NCBI GenBank assembly: GCA_046262735.1
Contig: JBHEMD010000216.1
Span: forward strand, 3,459 to 67,458
Reading direction: 5' to 3'
Length of the DNA: 64,000 bases
Source: Chthoniobacterales bacterium
GTDB taxonomy: Bacteria; Verrucomicrobiota; Verrucomicrobiia; Chthoniobacterales; UBA10450
This document shows, piece by piece, positions 28,975-39,300 of the stretch. Numbering within the stretch: position 1 is the first letter of the stretch; the number at the start of each line of letters is the position of its first letter. A model generated the notes under the pieces. It was given only the letters and a program-made list of their open reading frames with translations. It searched no databases and was not told the DNA's origin. A program made the position numbers and the translations under genes.

Positions 28975-30104
28975 GTCTGGCGATTGCGGGGATGGGATGG
29001 GTCACCCCGCTGGGCAGCGGTATCGATTCGGTCTGGACCCGTTTACTCAAAGGCGAAGAAGCCGTGGCCGAGGAGATTGTCTCGCCACGTGGCAATCGAC
29101 CTTATCTCGCATTCCGCGTGCCCGATTCCGCGCTTGCCAACCTGCCGCCGAATCCGCGGCTCCGACGCGTCAGCGCGATTTCACGCTTTGCCGTGGCCGC
29201 TGGTTTGCATGCATTGGAAAACGCGGGAGTGAAAGTCGACCCAGGAACGGCCGAACGAATCGCGCTCGTTTTCGCAATTTCGAATGGCGGCGTGATCTAC
29301 ACGAGGCGGTTTTACAGCGATATTGTCGCAACGGGCGCACAGGCGGCCAGTCCGCTGTTGTTTCCCGAGACGGTGTTTAACGCGCCGGCCAGCCATCTGG
29401 CAGCGCTGCTCGGGACAACCGGCGCCACATACACTCTCGTGGGAGACGGCGCCGTGGGGCTGCTGGCGATTCGAATGGCCGAGGATCTCATGAACAATCA
29501 GGCCCTCGACTATTGCCTCGTCGTCGGCGCAGAAGAAGTGGACTGGCTGCTTTGCGCTGCGTATCGGCAGTGGCGGCTGCTGCGGCGGCAAGCGCCGATC
29601 GAGCCATTCAGAAAACCGCCGCGCGGAACGATCTTAAGCGAAGGCGGCGGGGCGATCTTGCTCGGTCGTAGCGGTCCGGTCCGGCTCGAAAAAACGCATC
29701 CCGGCGGTAATTACCGCAGCCGCAGAGAAGCAGGCAAAGTTTTGAAGATGATTTTTGCCGAGCTTGGCGGTGATGACAGCGAGTTTACCATTGCGAGTGC
29801 GAACGGCACATTTGTCGATCAAGTCGAAGCTGAAGTGCTCTCGCAACTGGCTCCCGATACGGCGACTTATACGGTCAAGCCGGCTTTGGGCGAAAGTGTC
29901 GGTGCCGGCGGTGTGTGGCAGGTAATTGTCGCTGCGCAAGCGCTTCGGACCGGCAAGCTTCCCCCACTCCGTCGTGCTCCTGACGCACTGCCCTTTGCCA
30001 CAGCCAGTTCGCCAGGCTGGCGTGGCGAAGCGACCCGTGCAGTGGCGATCAATTGCGGTCTAAACCAGCAGATCGCCGGCGTCCGTTTGGCCAGAGAAAG
30101 CTGA
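28971..30104 (+). CDS. KS-like partner lacking the active-site Cys (chain-length-factor-like)
   Basis: Thiolase-fold similarity throughout. The Cys position reads LVGDGAVG and the second His motif reads SANGTFV. ATGA overlap with the preceding KS. Confidence 0.8.
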   Translation: MSLAIAGMGWVTPLGSGIDSVWTRLLKGEEAVAEEIVSPRGNRPYLAFRVPDSALANLPPNPRLRRVSAISRFAVAAGLHALENAGVKVDPGTAERIALVFAISNGGVIYTRRFYSDIVATGAQAASPLLFPETVFNAPASHLAALLGTTGATYTLVGDGAVGLLAIRMAEDLMNNQALDYCLVVGAEEVDWLLCAAYRQWRLLRRQAPIEPFRKPPRGTILSEGGGAILLGRSGPVRLEKTHPGGNYRSRREAGKVLKMIFAELGGDDSEFTIASANGTFVDQVEAEVLSQLAPDTATYTVKPALGESVGAGGVWQVIVAAQALRTGKLPPLRRAPDALPFATASSPGWRGEATRAVAINCGLNQQIAGVRLARES

Positions 30105-30197
30105 GGGCACAAGCTGCTCTCGGGCGCTGGTTTGAGCAGTGCTGCCGGGGATTTACCTTTGCAAGATGGCGTTGCTCCGGTACCTTCGGCGTCCGCC

Positions 30198-32441
30198 ATG
30201 CGAACGCCGCTAGGGTCATTGGTCGCGCTGCTCGCGGCCGCTGGGTTAGCCAATGCGGCGATCAAAACTCCCGAAAATCTGCCGATCGAAATCACATCGA
30301 ACGGTGAAACCAAATATGAGGAGGGCATCGCCACGGCGCGCGACAATGTCGCGATTCATATCGGCGACACGGACATCTATGCCGATTACGCCCAATACAA
30401 TTCGGCTACTCACGAGGTGACGGCGGAAGGCCATGTGCGCATCTACCGCGATGTGACCGTTTACCTGGCGGAGCGCGCTGTTTATAACACGGACACCAAA
30501 GAGATTCGCGCCAGCCAGGTGAGGAGCGAGACGGACCCGTATTTTTTTAGCGGTGAAAACGTTTCCCAGATCACCGAGAACGGCTACCGGATTGAGAATG
30601 GCATCTTCACGACGCACGACTCGCCGAACCCTGACTTTCACCTGCGCGCACACACGATCCGCGTCTACGAGAAAGACCGGGTCGTTTTTCAAAACGTAGT
30701 CTTATATGTCGGCAAAGTGCCGATCTTGTGGTGGCCATATCTCTACCAATCGCTCAACGACGCATTCAGTTTTTCCATTTCGCCGGCGTATTTGAGCTCA
30801 TGGGGACCGTCGCTCCTGACCGCGGTCAGTTTCCCAATCAGAGACAACATCAAAGGCCGATTGCGCCTCGACTATCGTGGCCGCCGTGGACTGGCCGTCG
30901 GATTCGAAGCGGACACGAAGTATGGCAAAGACGAGGAGAGCTGGGCGAAGCTGAAGACCTACTATTTGCAGGACCAAAATCCGTTGCTCAATCAGACGAA
31001 CGCTTTGCGCAAGGACGTGCCGACCGGCCGATACCGCGTCAGTCTGCAAGACCGGACCGAGTTAACCGAGGACATTTACGGCATCGTGAATGTGACCAAG
31101 CTGAGCGACCCATTCCTGATGCAGGACTTCTATCAGAGCGAATTCCGGATTGATCCCGTGCCTGACAACGTGATCGCTCTCGCCAGGACGAGCTCGTTCT
31201 ACACCTTGACGGGAATCGCGCGCTTTCAAGCCAACGAATTCTTCGACCAGACGGAGCGCCTTCCCGAAATAACTCTCGATATCAAGCGGCACGCTCTTTT
31301 CGGCAGCCCAATTTTTTACGAAGGTGAAAGCGGCTTTGCCAATCTGCGCCGAGAATTTCCGGCTGATTCTGCGTTTGAGAGCTATGGCACGACCCGCTTC
31401 GATTCGTTCCACCAGCTCACCTATCCAAATACCTATTTTGGCTGGCTATCGGTCGTGCCGCGAGTCGGCTTTCGCGGCACCTATTACGGAGATAGCCGCG
31501 ACCTCGGCAAAACGATCTTCCCCCTGGATACGAATCCCTTCGTCGACCCGGAATTTCTTCTTCCGAATCCGACGCCGGCCAACCCGATCCATTTCGCCGG
31601 CGACACTTTTCGCACCGTGTTCAATGCGGGAACCGAGGTATCGTTCAAGATTTCCCGCAGCTGGGAAAATGTGCAAAGCCGCGCGCTCGGATTGGACGGA
31701 CTTCTCCATGTGATTCAGCCGCTCACCAATTTTTCTTACGTCGCTGAAAACGGTCCGAATCCGGCGGAGATTTTGCAGCTCGACCGGTTCCAGCCTTCGA
31801 CGCAATTGCGGGCGATCGATTTTCCCCAGTTCACATCGATCGACTCGATCGATAACTGGACCGTCTGGCGGGTCGGCATCCACAACCGGCTCGAGACAAG
31901 ACGCGACGACGAAACCATCACGTGGTTCGGGCTCGACACCTACCTCGACGTCAATCTCGACAATCCCTACGATCGGACGCCGTATTCGAATTTGTTCAAT
32001 AACCTCGTCTTTGCCCCATTGCCGTGGGCAAGATTCACCGTCGGTTCTCAGGTCCCGGCTTTCGACAAGGGGTTCACCGAGATCAATACCTCGGTCGTCG
32101 TCCAGCCGCTCTCCAACCTCCAAATCAGCCTGGGCCATCGCTACCTGAACGAAAACCCTTCTTTCGCCGACAGCAGTTTGTTCGTTGTCGGTGGCTACTA
32201 CCGGCTGAATGACAACTGGGGCATCGGTCTTCAGGAAATTTACGAACAGGCCACTGGCATTCTCGAACAGCAGCGCTACGAGCTTTATCGCGATCTGACC
32301 AACTGGGTCGCTTCTTTCGGCGCCGTCATACGAGACAGCAACGGTGTCAAAGAATATGGCGTCCTCTTCACGCTGACACTGAAGGCATTTCCGAAATTTG
32401 GCTTCGACTTGAATTTCGATCCTGCCGGCCCGGGCGAATAA
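30198..32441 (+). CDS. lptD: LPS-assembly outer-membrane protein LptD/OstA
   Basis: Signal peptide MRTPLGSLVALLAAAGLANA. OstA N-terminal domain (ITSNGETKYEEG...ATARDNVAIHIGDTDIYAD...AEGHVRI). Large C-terminal beta-barrel. Confidence 0.8.
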   Translation: MRTPLGSLVALLAAAGLANAAIKTPENLPIEITSNGETKYEEGIATARDNVAIHIGDTDIYADYAQYNSATHEVTAEGHVRIYRDVTVYLAERAVYNTDTKEIRASQVRSETDPYFFSGENVSQITENGYRIENGIFTTHDSPNPDFHLRAHTIRVYEKDRVVFQNVVLYVGKVPILWWPYLYQSLNDAFSFSISPAYLSSWGPSLLTAVSFPIRDNIKGRLRLDYRGRRGLAVGFEADTKYGKDEESWAKLKTYYLQDQNPLLNQTNALRKDVPTGRYRVSLQDRTELTEDIYGIVNVTKLSDPFLMQDFYQSEFRIDPVPDNVIALARTSSFYTLTGIARFQANEFFDQTERLPEITLDIKRHALFGSPIFYEGESGFANLRREFPADSAFESYGTTRFDSFHQLTYPNTYFGWLSVVPRVGFRGTYYGDSRDLGKTIFPLDTNPFVDPEFLLPNPTPANPIHFAGDTFRTVFNAGTEVSFKISRSWENVQSRALGLDGLLHVIQPLTNFSYVAENGPNPAEILQLDRFQPSTQLRAIDFPQFTSIDSIDNWTVWRVGIHNRLETRRDDETITWFGLDTYLDVNLDNPYDRTPYSNLFNNLVFAPLPWARFTVGSQVPAFDKGFTEINTSVVVQPLSNLQISLGHRYLNENPSFADSSLFVVGGYYRLNDNWGIGLQEIYEQATGILEQQRYELYRDLTNWVASFGAVIRDSNGVKEYGVLFTLTLKAFPKFGFDLNFDPAGPGE

Positions 32442-32518
32442 CGAGAGCGCGGGACGAACTTTGGCCTGCGGCCTTGCGCTTCGCATATGGCGGCTAAGTT
32501 GTCGCCGCTCATTTGCCT

Positions 32519-33832
32519 ATGGACATTTCAATTATCGGCTCGGGCTACGTAGGTCTGGTCACCGGCGCGTGCTTCGCCGATATCGGCCACAACGTCGTCT
32601 GCGTAGATAATGACGCACGCAAGGTCGAGACGCTGCGCGCCGGTAAAATACCGATCTACGAACCGGGACTTGAGGAAGTGATCCATCGCAACGTCTCCGC
32701 GCGACGCCTGCATTTTAGCGACAGTATCAAAGAAGGTGTCGATAATTCGCTCATCGTCTTTATCGCCGTGCCGACTCCGGCGCAGCCCAACGGAGATGTC
32801 GATCTTAGCTTCATCGAGAAAGTCGCCCGCGAAATCGCGGGTGTTTTGACCAGTTACCGTGTGATTGTCGATAAAAGCACGGTGCCGGTGAAAACCGGCG
32901 AGAAAGTGGCGGAATCGATCAAACGCTACAACCGCCAAGGCGCGACCTTCGACGTGGTGAGCAATCCGGAATTTCTCCGCGAAGGCTGCGCCGTGCACGA
33001 TCTGATGCACCCCGATCGAATTGTGATCGGCGCGCAAAGCGATCGCGCCATCGATCTGATGAAAAAAGTTTACGAGCCGTTCATGGCGCCGATTCTGGTC
33101 ACCGATATCAACAGCGCCGAGCTGATTAAACACGCAGCCAATTCATTTCTCGCTCTCAAAATTTCATACATCAACGCCGTCTCCGCCATTTGCGAGGCGA
33201 GCGGCGCGGATGTGCAAAAGGTTGCCGACGGAATTGGAATGGACCGCCGAATTGGCCGCGATTTTCTCAACGCCGGAATTGGCTATGGTGGCTCCTGTTT
33301 CCCAAAAGACCTCGCCGCGTTCATCGCCATCTCCGACCAACTCGCGGTTCCGTTCAACCTCCTCAAAGAAGTGCAGCGGATTAACGCGGGGCAAAAGGAG
33401 CGCTTCCTCAAATCGATTCGCGATACTCTCTGGGTTTTGCGCGAAAAGAAAATCGCCGTTTGGGGCCTCACCTTTAAACCGGACACGGACGACATTCGTT
33501 CCTCAGTCGCGATTGAATTGGTCGCCGATCTCTTGCGCGAAGGCGCGCACGTGACTGCCTACGATCCGAAAGGAATGGATAAGGCACGCGAGATCAAAGC
33601 GATCGCTGATGCGAAGCTCGCTGCTTCCGCGCTCGAGGCGGTCGAAGGCGCCGAGGCCTTGATCATCGCGACGGAATGGAATGAGTTCGCCAATGTCGAT
33701 CTTACGCTGGTCAAGCAGAAGATGACTACCCCGATCGTGTTTGATGGTCGAAATCTTTTCGACCCGCAAACGATGGGGGATGTCGGATTCCATTACCATT
33801 CCATCGGTCGTGCGACAGTCGTGCCGCATTAG
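32519..33832 (+). CDS. ugd: UDP-glucose 6-dehydrogenase
   Basis: IIGSGYVGLVTGACFA, GGSCFPKD catalytic Cys and a full-length UDPGDH layout. Confidence 0.9.
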   Translation: MDISIIGSGYVGLVTGACFADIGHNVVCVDNDARKVETLRAGKIPIYEPGLEEVIHRNVSARRLHFSDSIKEGVDNSLIVFIAVPTPAQPNGDVDLSFIEKVAREIAGVLTSYRVIVDKSTVPVKTGEKVAESIKRYNRQGATFDVVSNPEFLREGCAVHDLMHPDRIVIGAQSDRAIDLMKKVYEPFMAPILVTDINSAELIKHAANSFLALKISYINAVSAICEASGADVQKVADGIGMDRRIGRDFLNAGIGYGGSCFPKDLAAFIAISDQLAVPFNLLKEVQRINAGQKERFLKSIRDTLWVLREKKIAVWGLTFKPDTDDIRSSVAIELVADLLREGAHVTAYDPKGMDKAREIKAIADAKLAASALEAVEGAEALIIATEWNEFANVDLTLVKQKMTTPIVFDGRNLFDPQTMGDVGFHYHSIGRATVVPH

Positions 33833-33856
33833 CTCGCTGCGACTGCGGCAACGCGC

Positions 33857-35122
33857 ATGAGTGAACCCTCCGCGCGCGGTCTCGCGTTGGAGGCGCTGCG
33901 ACGCTGGCGCAAACCAAAAAAAAACGCGGATGCAATCGTGGCCGATTTGTTCGCCGCAACGCCGCTCTCGGCTCCGGACCGCGCCTTTGCGCTGGGACTG
34001 TTCTATGGCGTGTTGCGCAATCTGACTCTGCTCGATTTTTGGATCGGTTGCCTCCGCCGCTCCCACTTGGCTGTCGATCTTCGCGACATTCTGCGTCTTG
34101 GCCTCTATCAATTGTTTCTTCTCGAAACGCCGGCACATGCGGCAGTGAATGAAACAGTCGAGCTCGCGCCAAAACGCGGCCGCGAGTTGATCAATGCGGT
34201 CTTGCGCGCGGCCGCCCGGCGCGGGGGCGAGTTACGACAGCGCGCAGTCGAGCAACCTTTGTCTGTGCGCGAATCGCATCCGCCATTTCTCATTGCACGC
34301 TGGGAAGAAAACTTCGGCCGGAAAGCGGCGGAAGAATTGTGCCGCTGGAACAATCAGCCACCGCCCCTGTATGCGCGAATCAATCGGCTGAAAATCGAAA
34401 GTGAAAACTTTGTTCGGCTTTATCACGATGCGCGGGTGGTGGTTGGCGCGCCTGAATTTGTCACGTTTGAAACCATGCCGGCGGCGGCTGTCGAACGCGG
34501 CGATTGTTACATTCAAGATCCGAGCACCGCGCTCGCTTGTCGGCTTCTTGAAACGCGGCCTGGAGAGAAAGTGCTCGACGCGTGCGCAGCACCTGGCGGG
34601 AAAACGGCGTACATTGCCGAGCTGCTGCAAAATGACGGCATGCTCGTGGCGTGCGATCGCGCACCCGAGCGGCTTTCGCTGCTACAGCACAATCTGGAAC
34701 GATTGGGTGCGCCCATCGTAGAGACGTTCCAAATCGATTGGACTCGCGACGCGATTCCCGAACAAATCGCAGCCATTGCGCCTTTCGATCGCGTGCTGGT
34801 TGATGCTCCCTGCACGAACACCGGGGTGATGCGGCGTCGCGTCGATGTGCGGTGGAGATTAACCCCGGACGATTTCATGCGAATGCGGAGCAAGCAGATC
34901 GACATCGTGCAAGCTGTGCTGCCGTTATTGAAACAAGGCGGCGTCCTTGTTTACAGCACCTGCAGTCTCGAGCCAGAAGAAAACGAACAGCTGGTGCAAG
35001 GCCTTCTCGAGCAGATGTCGATCTTGCAGTTGGAAGAAGAGAAACGGTCGCTTCCGTTTCGCGACGGCTTTGACGGCGCGTTTGCCGCCAGGCTGGTCAA
35101 GACGGCCGCCCCCCAAAGATAG
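33857..35122 (+). CDS. rsmB: 16S rRNA (cytosine967-C5)-methyltransferase RsmB/Sun
   Basis: NusB-like N-terminal domain. DACAAPGGKT SAM motif. DAPCTNTGV and TCSLEPEENE catalytic Cys motifs. Confidence 0.85.
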   Translation: MSEPSARGLALEALRRWRKPKKNADAIVADLFAATPLSAPDRAFALGLFYGVLRNLTLLDFWIGCLRRSHLAVDLRDILRLGLYQLFLLETPAHAAVNETVELAPKRGRELINAVLRAAARRGGELRQRAVEQPLSVRESHPPFLIARWEENFGRKAAEELCRWNNQPPPLYARINRLKIESENFVRLYHDARVVVGAPEFVTFETMPAAAVERGDCYIQDPSTALACRLLETRPGEKVLDACAAPGGKTAYIAELLQNDGMLVACDRAPERLSLLQHNLERLGAPIVETFQIDWTRDAIPEQIAAIAPFDRVLVDAPCTNTGVMRRRVDVRWRLTPDDFMRMRSKQIDIVQAVLPLLKQGGVLVYSTCSLEPEENEQLVQGLLEQMSILQLEEEKRSLPFRDGFDGAFAARLVKTAAPQR

Positions 35123-35168
35123 CCACGCTGCCTTGCATCACGCGCCCGCGATGGAATCATAAGCTCCT

Positions 35169-36275
35169 ATGCATGATCCCCGGTTCGATAAATTAGCTAA
35201 TCTGCTGGTCGGTTATTCGATTCGGCTCAAGCGCAATGAGACCGTGCTGGTAGACGCTTTCGACGTGCCCGATGAAATGACGATTGCGTTGGTTCGGGCG
35301 ATCCAAAAAACAGGCGGCATTCCTTTCGCGCAGGTCCAGCATGCGCGCGTCAGCCGCGCGCTGGCGCTCGGGGCAACGGATCGTCAGTTAAACCTTCTCG
35401 CCCGGCACGAGCTCGCGCGCATGAAAAAGATGGACGCCTACATCGCGCTGCGCGGCAGCAATAACATCACCGAATTGTCGGATGTGCCGATGGACAAGAT
35501 GAAATTGATCACGAAAAAATTGCGCCCGGTGCAGGACGAGCGGGTGAAAAAGACCAAGTGGGTAGTGCTGCGCTAGCCGACCCCTTCGATGGCCCAGCTC
35601 GCCGGAATGAGCACCGAAGCGTTCGAAGATTTTTACTTCGACGTTTGCACGTTGGACTACCGCAAACTTCAGCCCGGCATGAAAGCCCTCAAAGGACTCA
35701 TGGAGCGCACGGACCGAGTCGAAATCAAGGGCCCAGGCACCGACCTGCGTTTCAGCATCAAGGGAATTCCAGCGGTGATCTGCGGGGGCGATCGCAATAT
35801 CCCAGATGGCGAAGTCTTCACCTGCCCGGTTAAAAATTCAGTGCAGGGCCACGTTACCTTCAACACGCCGAGCATTTATCAAGGCGTCAGTTTCGATGGA
35901 ATTCGTCTCGACTTTCGCGACGGGAAAATCACGAAAGCGACCAGTAATCAAACTGAGAAACTGAGCAAGATCCTCGATTCAGATCCCGGCGCGCGCTACA
36001 TCGGTGAGTTTTCGCTCGGACTCAACCCGCGCGTTTTGGAGCCGATGCGCGACATCTTGTTCGATGAAAAGATCGCGGGATCATTTCATTTCACGCCGGG
36101 CCAGGCTTACGAAGAGGCCGACAACGGCAATCGCAGCCAGGTCCATTGGGACATGGTCAGTATCCAGCGACCGGAGTATGGCGGTGGCGAAGTTTACTTT
36201 GATGGCAAACTGATCCGGCGCGATGGCGAATTTCTGCCGAAGCAATTACGATCGCTGAATCGCAATCGCGCTTAG
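35169..36275 (+). pseudogene. M29-family aminopeptidase (AmpS/PepS-like) interrupted by one in-frame TAG at 35574-35576
   Basis: The two ORFs (35169-35576 and 35589-36275) share a frame. The sequence reads ...[28 protein letters not shown], where family members have Tyr/Trp. Both halves are otherwise intact. Confidence 0.75.
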
Positions 36276-36364
36276 CTAAGGGAGCGGAGTCAGCCAGAGG
36301 GTTGTAAGACCCTGCTCGAGTTCGAACTGATCGCCCTCGATCCCCTGTCGATCTAACTGGCAGC

Positions 36365-39300
36365 TTACGCGCGGCGCGGCCCCTGGCCGATGAGATTGAG
36401 CTGCATCATGCCGAGCTCGCCGCTGCCGGTGAGCTGGAGATTAGCAATCTCGAACATGGGCGCGGCTTCGCCGCTGCTCGGTCCGGCGCCGGGCAACTGC
36501 ACTGCCACCTGTTTCGATGTCGAATTTAGAACGATCGAGGCGATTTCAAACGACGGCGAAAATTCAACCGTAGCGATTTGGAATGGCGCAGTCACGAGCA
36601 CCGGCGCCTGTCCCTGCTGCGAGGGAGTCAGTTGCACGGGGGCAGCTTCGAAATTCGGCACCAGCTGCAGCCCGGCCACCGTGAAGGATGACGAACCGCT
36701 CGGCTGCGGACGCTGCTGTTGCGAAGGGGTCAAGCGCAACGTGCCGAGGGCCCCACCCGTAGGCTGAATCTTTGCGATCTCGAACGTCACCTGCAAATTC
36801 ATTCCCGGTTGAGGTTGCTGCGGCGCGGCCAGACGCATCGTTACGATTTTGGAGGTCGGCCGCACTTGTAACGCACCCATCTTGAACGTGGGAGTGAGCT
36901 GCATCGAGGCGATCTCGAAAGTGAACGTGAGCTGCACAGCAGTGTGCATCGCACCCGCAGGTTGGGGCGCGCCGGGGCCGGCTGGAGTTCGGACGACTGG
37001 AGCGGTTGGTATTTGGATCGGGTCAGGCATGGTTACGATTGGGTTTGTTTGCGCAACTGAGGGCTCGGGAAAAATTTCTGGAGTAAACACCGGCGGCTCG
37101 AGGATTTCAGGCATCACAGGTTCCGCCGCGGCAACAGGCACCTGGTAAGGAATCGGTTGACCTTGCGGAATGGGTTCGGGTTCGGAGTGTATCCACGGCT
37201 CAGCCACCGGCTCAACGGGTTCGAGTGCCGATTGAATCCAGGGTTCGGCCACGGGCTGAACGGGTTCGGATTCCGATTGAATCCACGGTTCGGCCACGGA
37301 CGCGACCGTCGCCTCGGCGGGTTCGACGATCTCCAGCACCGCCGGGATTACAGGAGCCGTATCCAGCACCGGAACAAAGTCGAATGCGGGCGAAGTTACT
37401 TCTGCGGGTGCAACCGCAGCGGCCGCCGGAACCGCAACGGGCTCTTGTTCAACGATCGGTTCATCAACCGGCGCAATCTTCGGCACAACCGCTTCGACTC
37501 TGCGCGGAGCGATCGGCTCCGCGGCGGCCGGCACAGGCGCGGCTGTGGCCGTCAACGGCCGGCCAGGCTTACCAAGAGCGAGTACGCCACGGCGAAGCGA
37601 CGGCTCGGAGGCCTTCAATTGCAAAGAGATTCGCCGCGGCCCGCCCAAGAGTCCGTTTCGAGCGACCGCCATTGGTTTATCCGCAGTCGCGATGCTCTGA
37701 TCCACCCGCGGTCCGACAGCCGGAGTCGCCTGGCGAACAATCGAAATGCTGCTGATGCGCTGCCGAACTGCGCCGGCGACGAGCCAACCAAGTATAAGAA
37801 CACCACTCAGGAGTAGCGCGGCCGCCAGCCAATTCCGTGCGGTGCCACTGGTGCTTGCCCGCGGCGACTCGGTCACACGCGCTGGCGCGAGCACGGTCGC
37901 CGGCGTGCTGGCTGCGACCGTGGCGGCTGGTTCGACCGCAGGGCTCGATTGAGCGACAATCGGCTCTTGCGGTGCGGCTGGTGTTTCCACCGTCGGTGCG
38001 GTCGCGCGAAGTGGCGCGGCAGGCATCTCCTCTGGTCTGGCCGGAGTACCAGCCGCGATCGACTGATTCGCTGCAATGGCAGGCGACTGCGCGGCAATGA
38101 CCGCCGGCTCGGGCGCCCGCGAAGTTGTCGCCTCCATTCCGGTGATCGGCTGCGTCGATGGCTTGATTGAAGCGACAGCTTGCTCGGCCGGCTTGCTCGT
38201 AACCGCCGCCACGCCGGGAATTGGACTCGGCTCGATTGCCGGCACGGATTCATTTTGCGTCGACATGGCGGCGGCGGCTTCGCTGGCCGGACGCACCGCC
38301 GCAACACTCGTTGGAGCTTGCGCCCATCCGAGATCGTAAAATGCGTCGCCAAACAGATTGTTCAGCGCGGGCGAGTAAATCTTCTTCGCCGAAGCGACCC
38401 AATCGGTCGCCTTGGTGGGATTGTTATGCTTAAATTCCCACGCTGCCTGGGCGTAATAGAGCGCCGGCGTATCGCCGGTGAACTGGAATTGCTCCATCAT
38501 CTTTTGCGCACGGCTCTCTTTACCCTCCATCAGAAGGCTCATGTAAATTTTGAACTTGATGATCTGGGCAGCCTGATTTTTGTCGCCACCGGGCGTCTGT
38601 TGGAAGAGCGCTTCGAAACGTTCACGCGCTCTCGGATAGTCTCCCTGCTTGAATGGAATGTCCGCGAGATTGAATTGCGCCTCGCGGAATTTGGGATCGA
38701 TCTTGAGCGCCTTCTTGAAGGCGGTTTCGGCTTCCGCGAATTGATGTTGCGCCATCAAAATCTCGCCACGCAAATTGACGATCGGCGCCTGATTCGGGTC
38801 CGACGCATCCGCTTCATCAATAAATTTCCGCGCGGCGGCCAGATCGCGCTGTTGCAACGCCTGCTGCGCCTGTTCAAACCGCGAACGGGCGAAGCCTTTC
38901 GACTTCGCCGCGCGCTCGGCTGCGGTAGTCAAAGGCAGCGACGCCCGCGCCTGGCCAGCCGGTTTTTCCAACCAACCGACTTCGTACAACGACTCGGCAA
39001 AAAGTTTGTTCAGCTGCGGTGAAAAATTCTTCTGTGCCGCCGCGACCCAATCGTTCGCCTCTTTGGTGTTTTTGTGCTGAAGCGCAATCGCGGCATTCGC
39101 GTAATGCACAGCCGGCGTGTCGGGCGAAAGCTCAAACTTGGCCAGGATCGCATCAACCATGTTTTCCTTGCCCTCGAGCAGGTAGGTCAGCAAAAGCTTG
39201 TATTGGATCAGTTGCGCCGCCTCGCCTTCGAGGTCGGACACGTTGCTCGCAAGCAGTTGCTGGAAACGGTTGCGCGCCTCCACCCAATCCTTCCTCAAAA

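Noticed and set aside
35574-35576. TAG decoded as pyrrolysine or a reassigned sense codon
   Set aside because: TAG ends other well-supported genes in the window, for example at 52266-52268 and 24980-24982. No pyl genes are seen. A nonsense mutation or sequencing error is the simpler reading.
37185-37300. Tandem ~45-nt repeats that could be mistaken for a mini CRISPR array or VNTR
   Set aside because: The repeats are contiguous with no spacers, stay in frame, and encode a 15-aa peptide repeat inside a long ORF. No cas genes are present.
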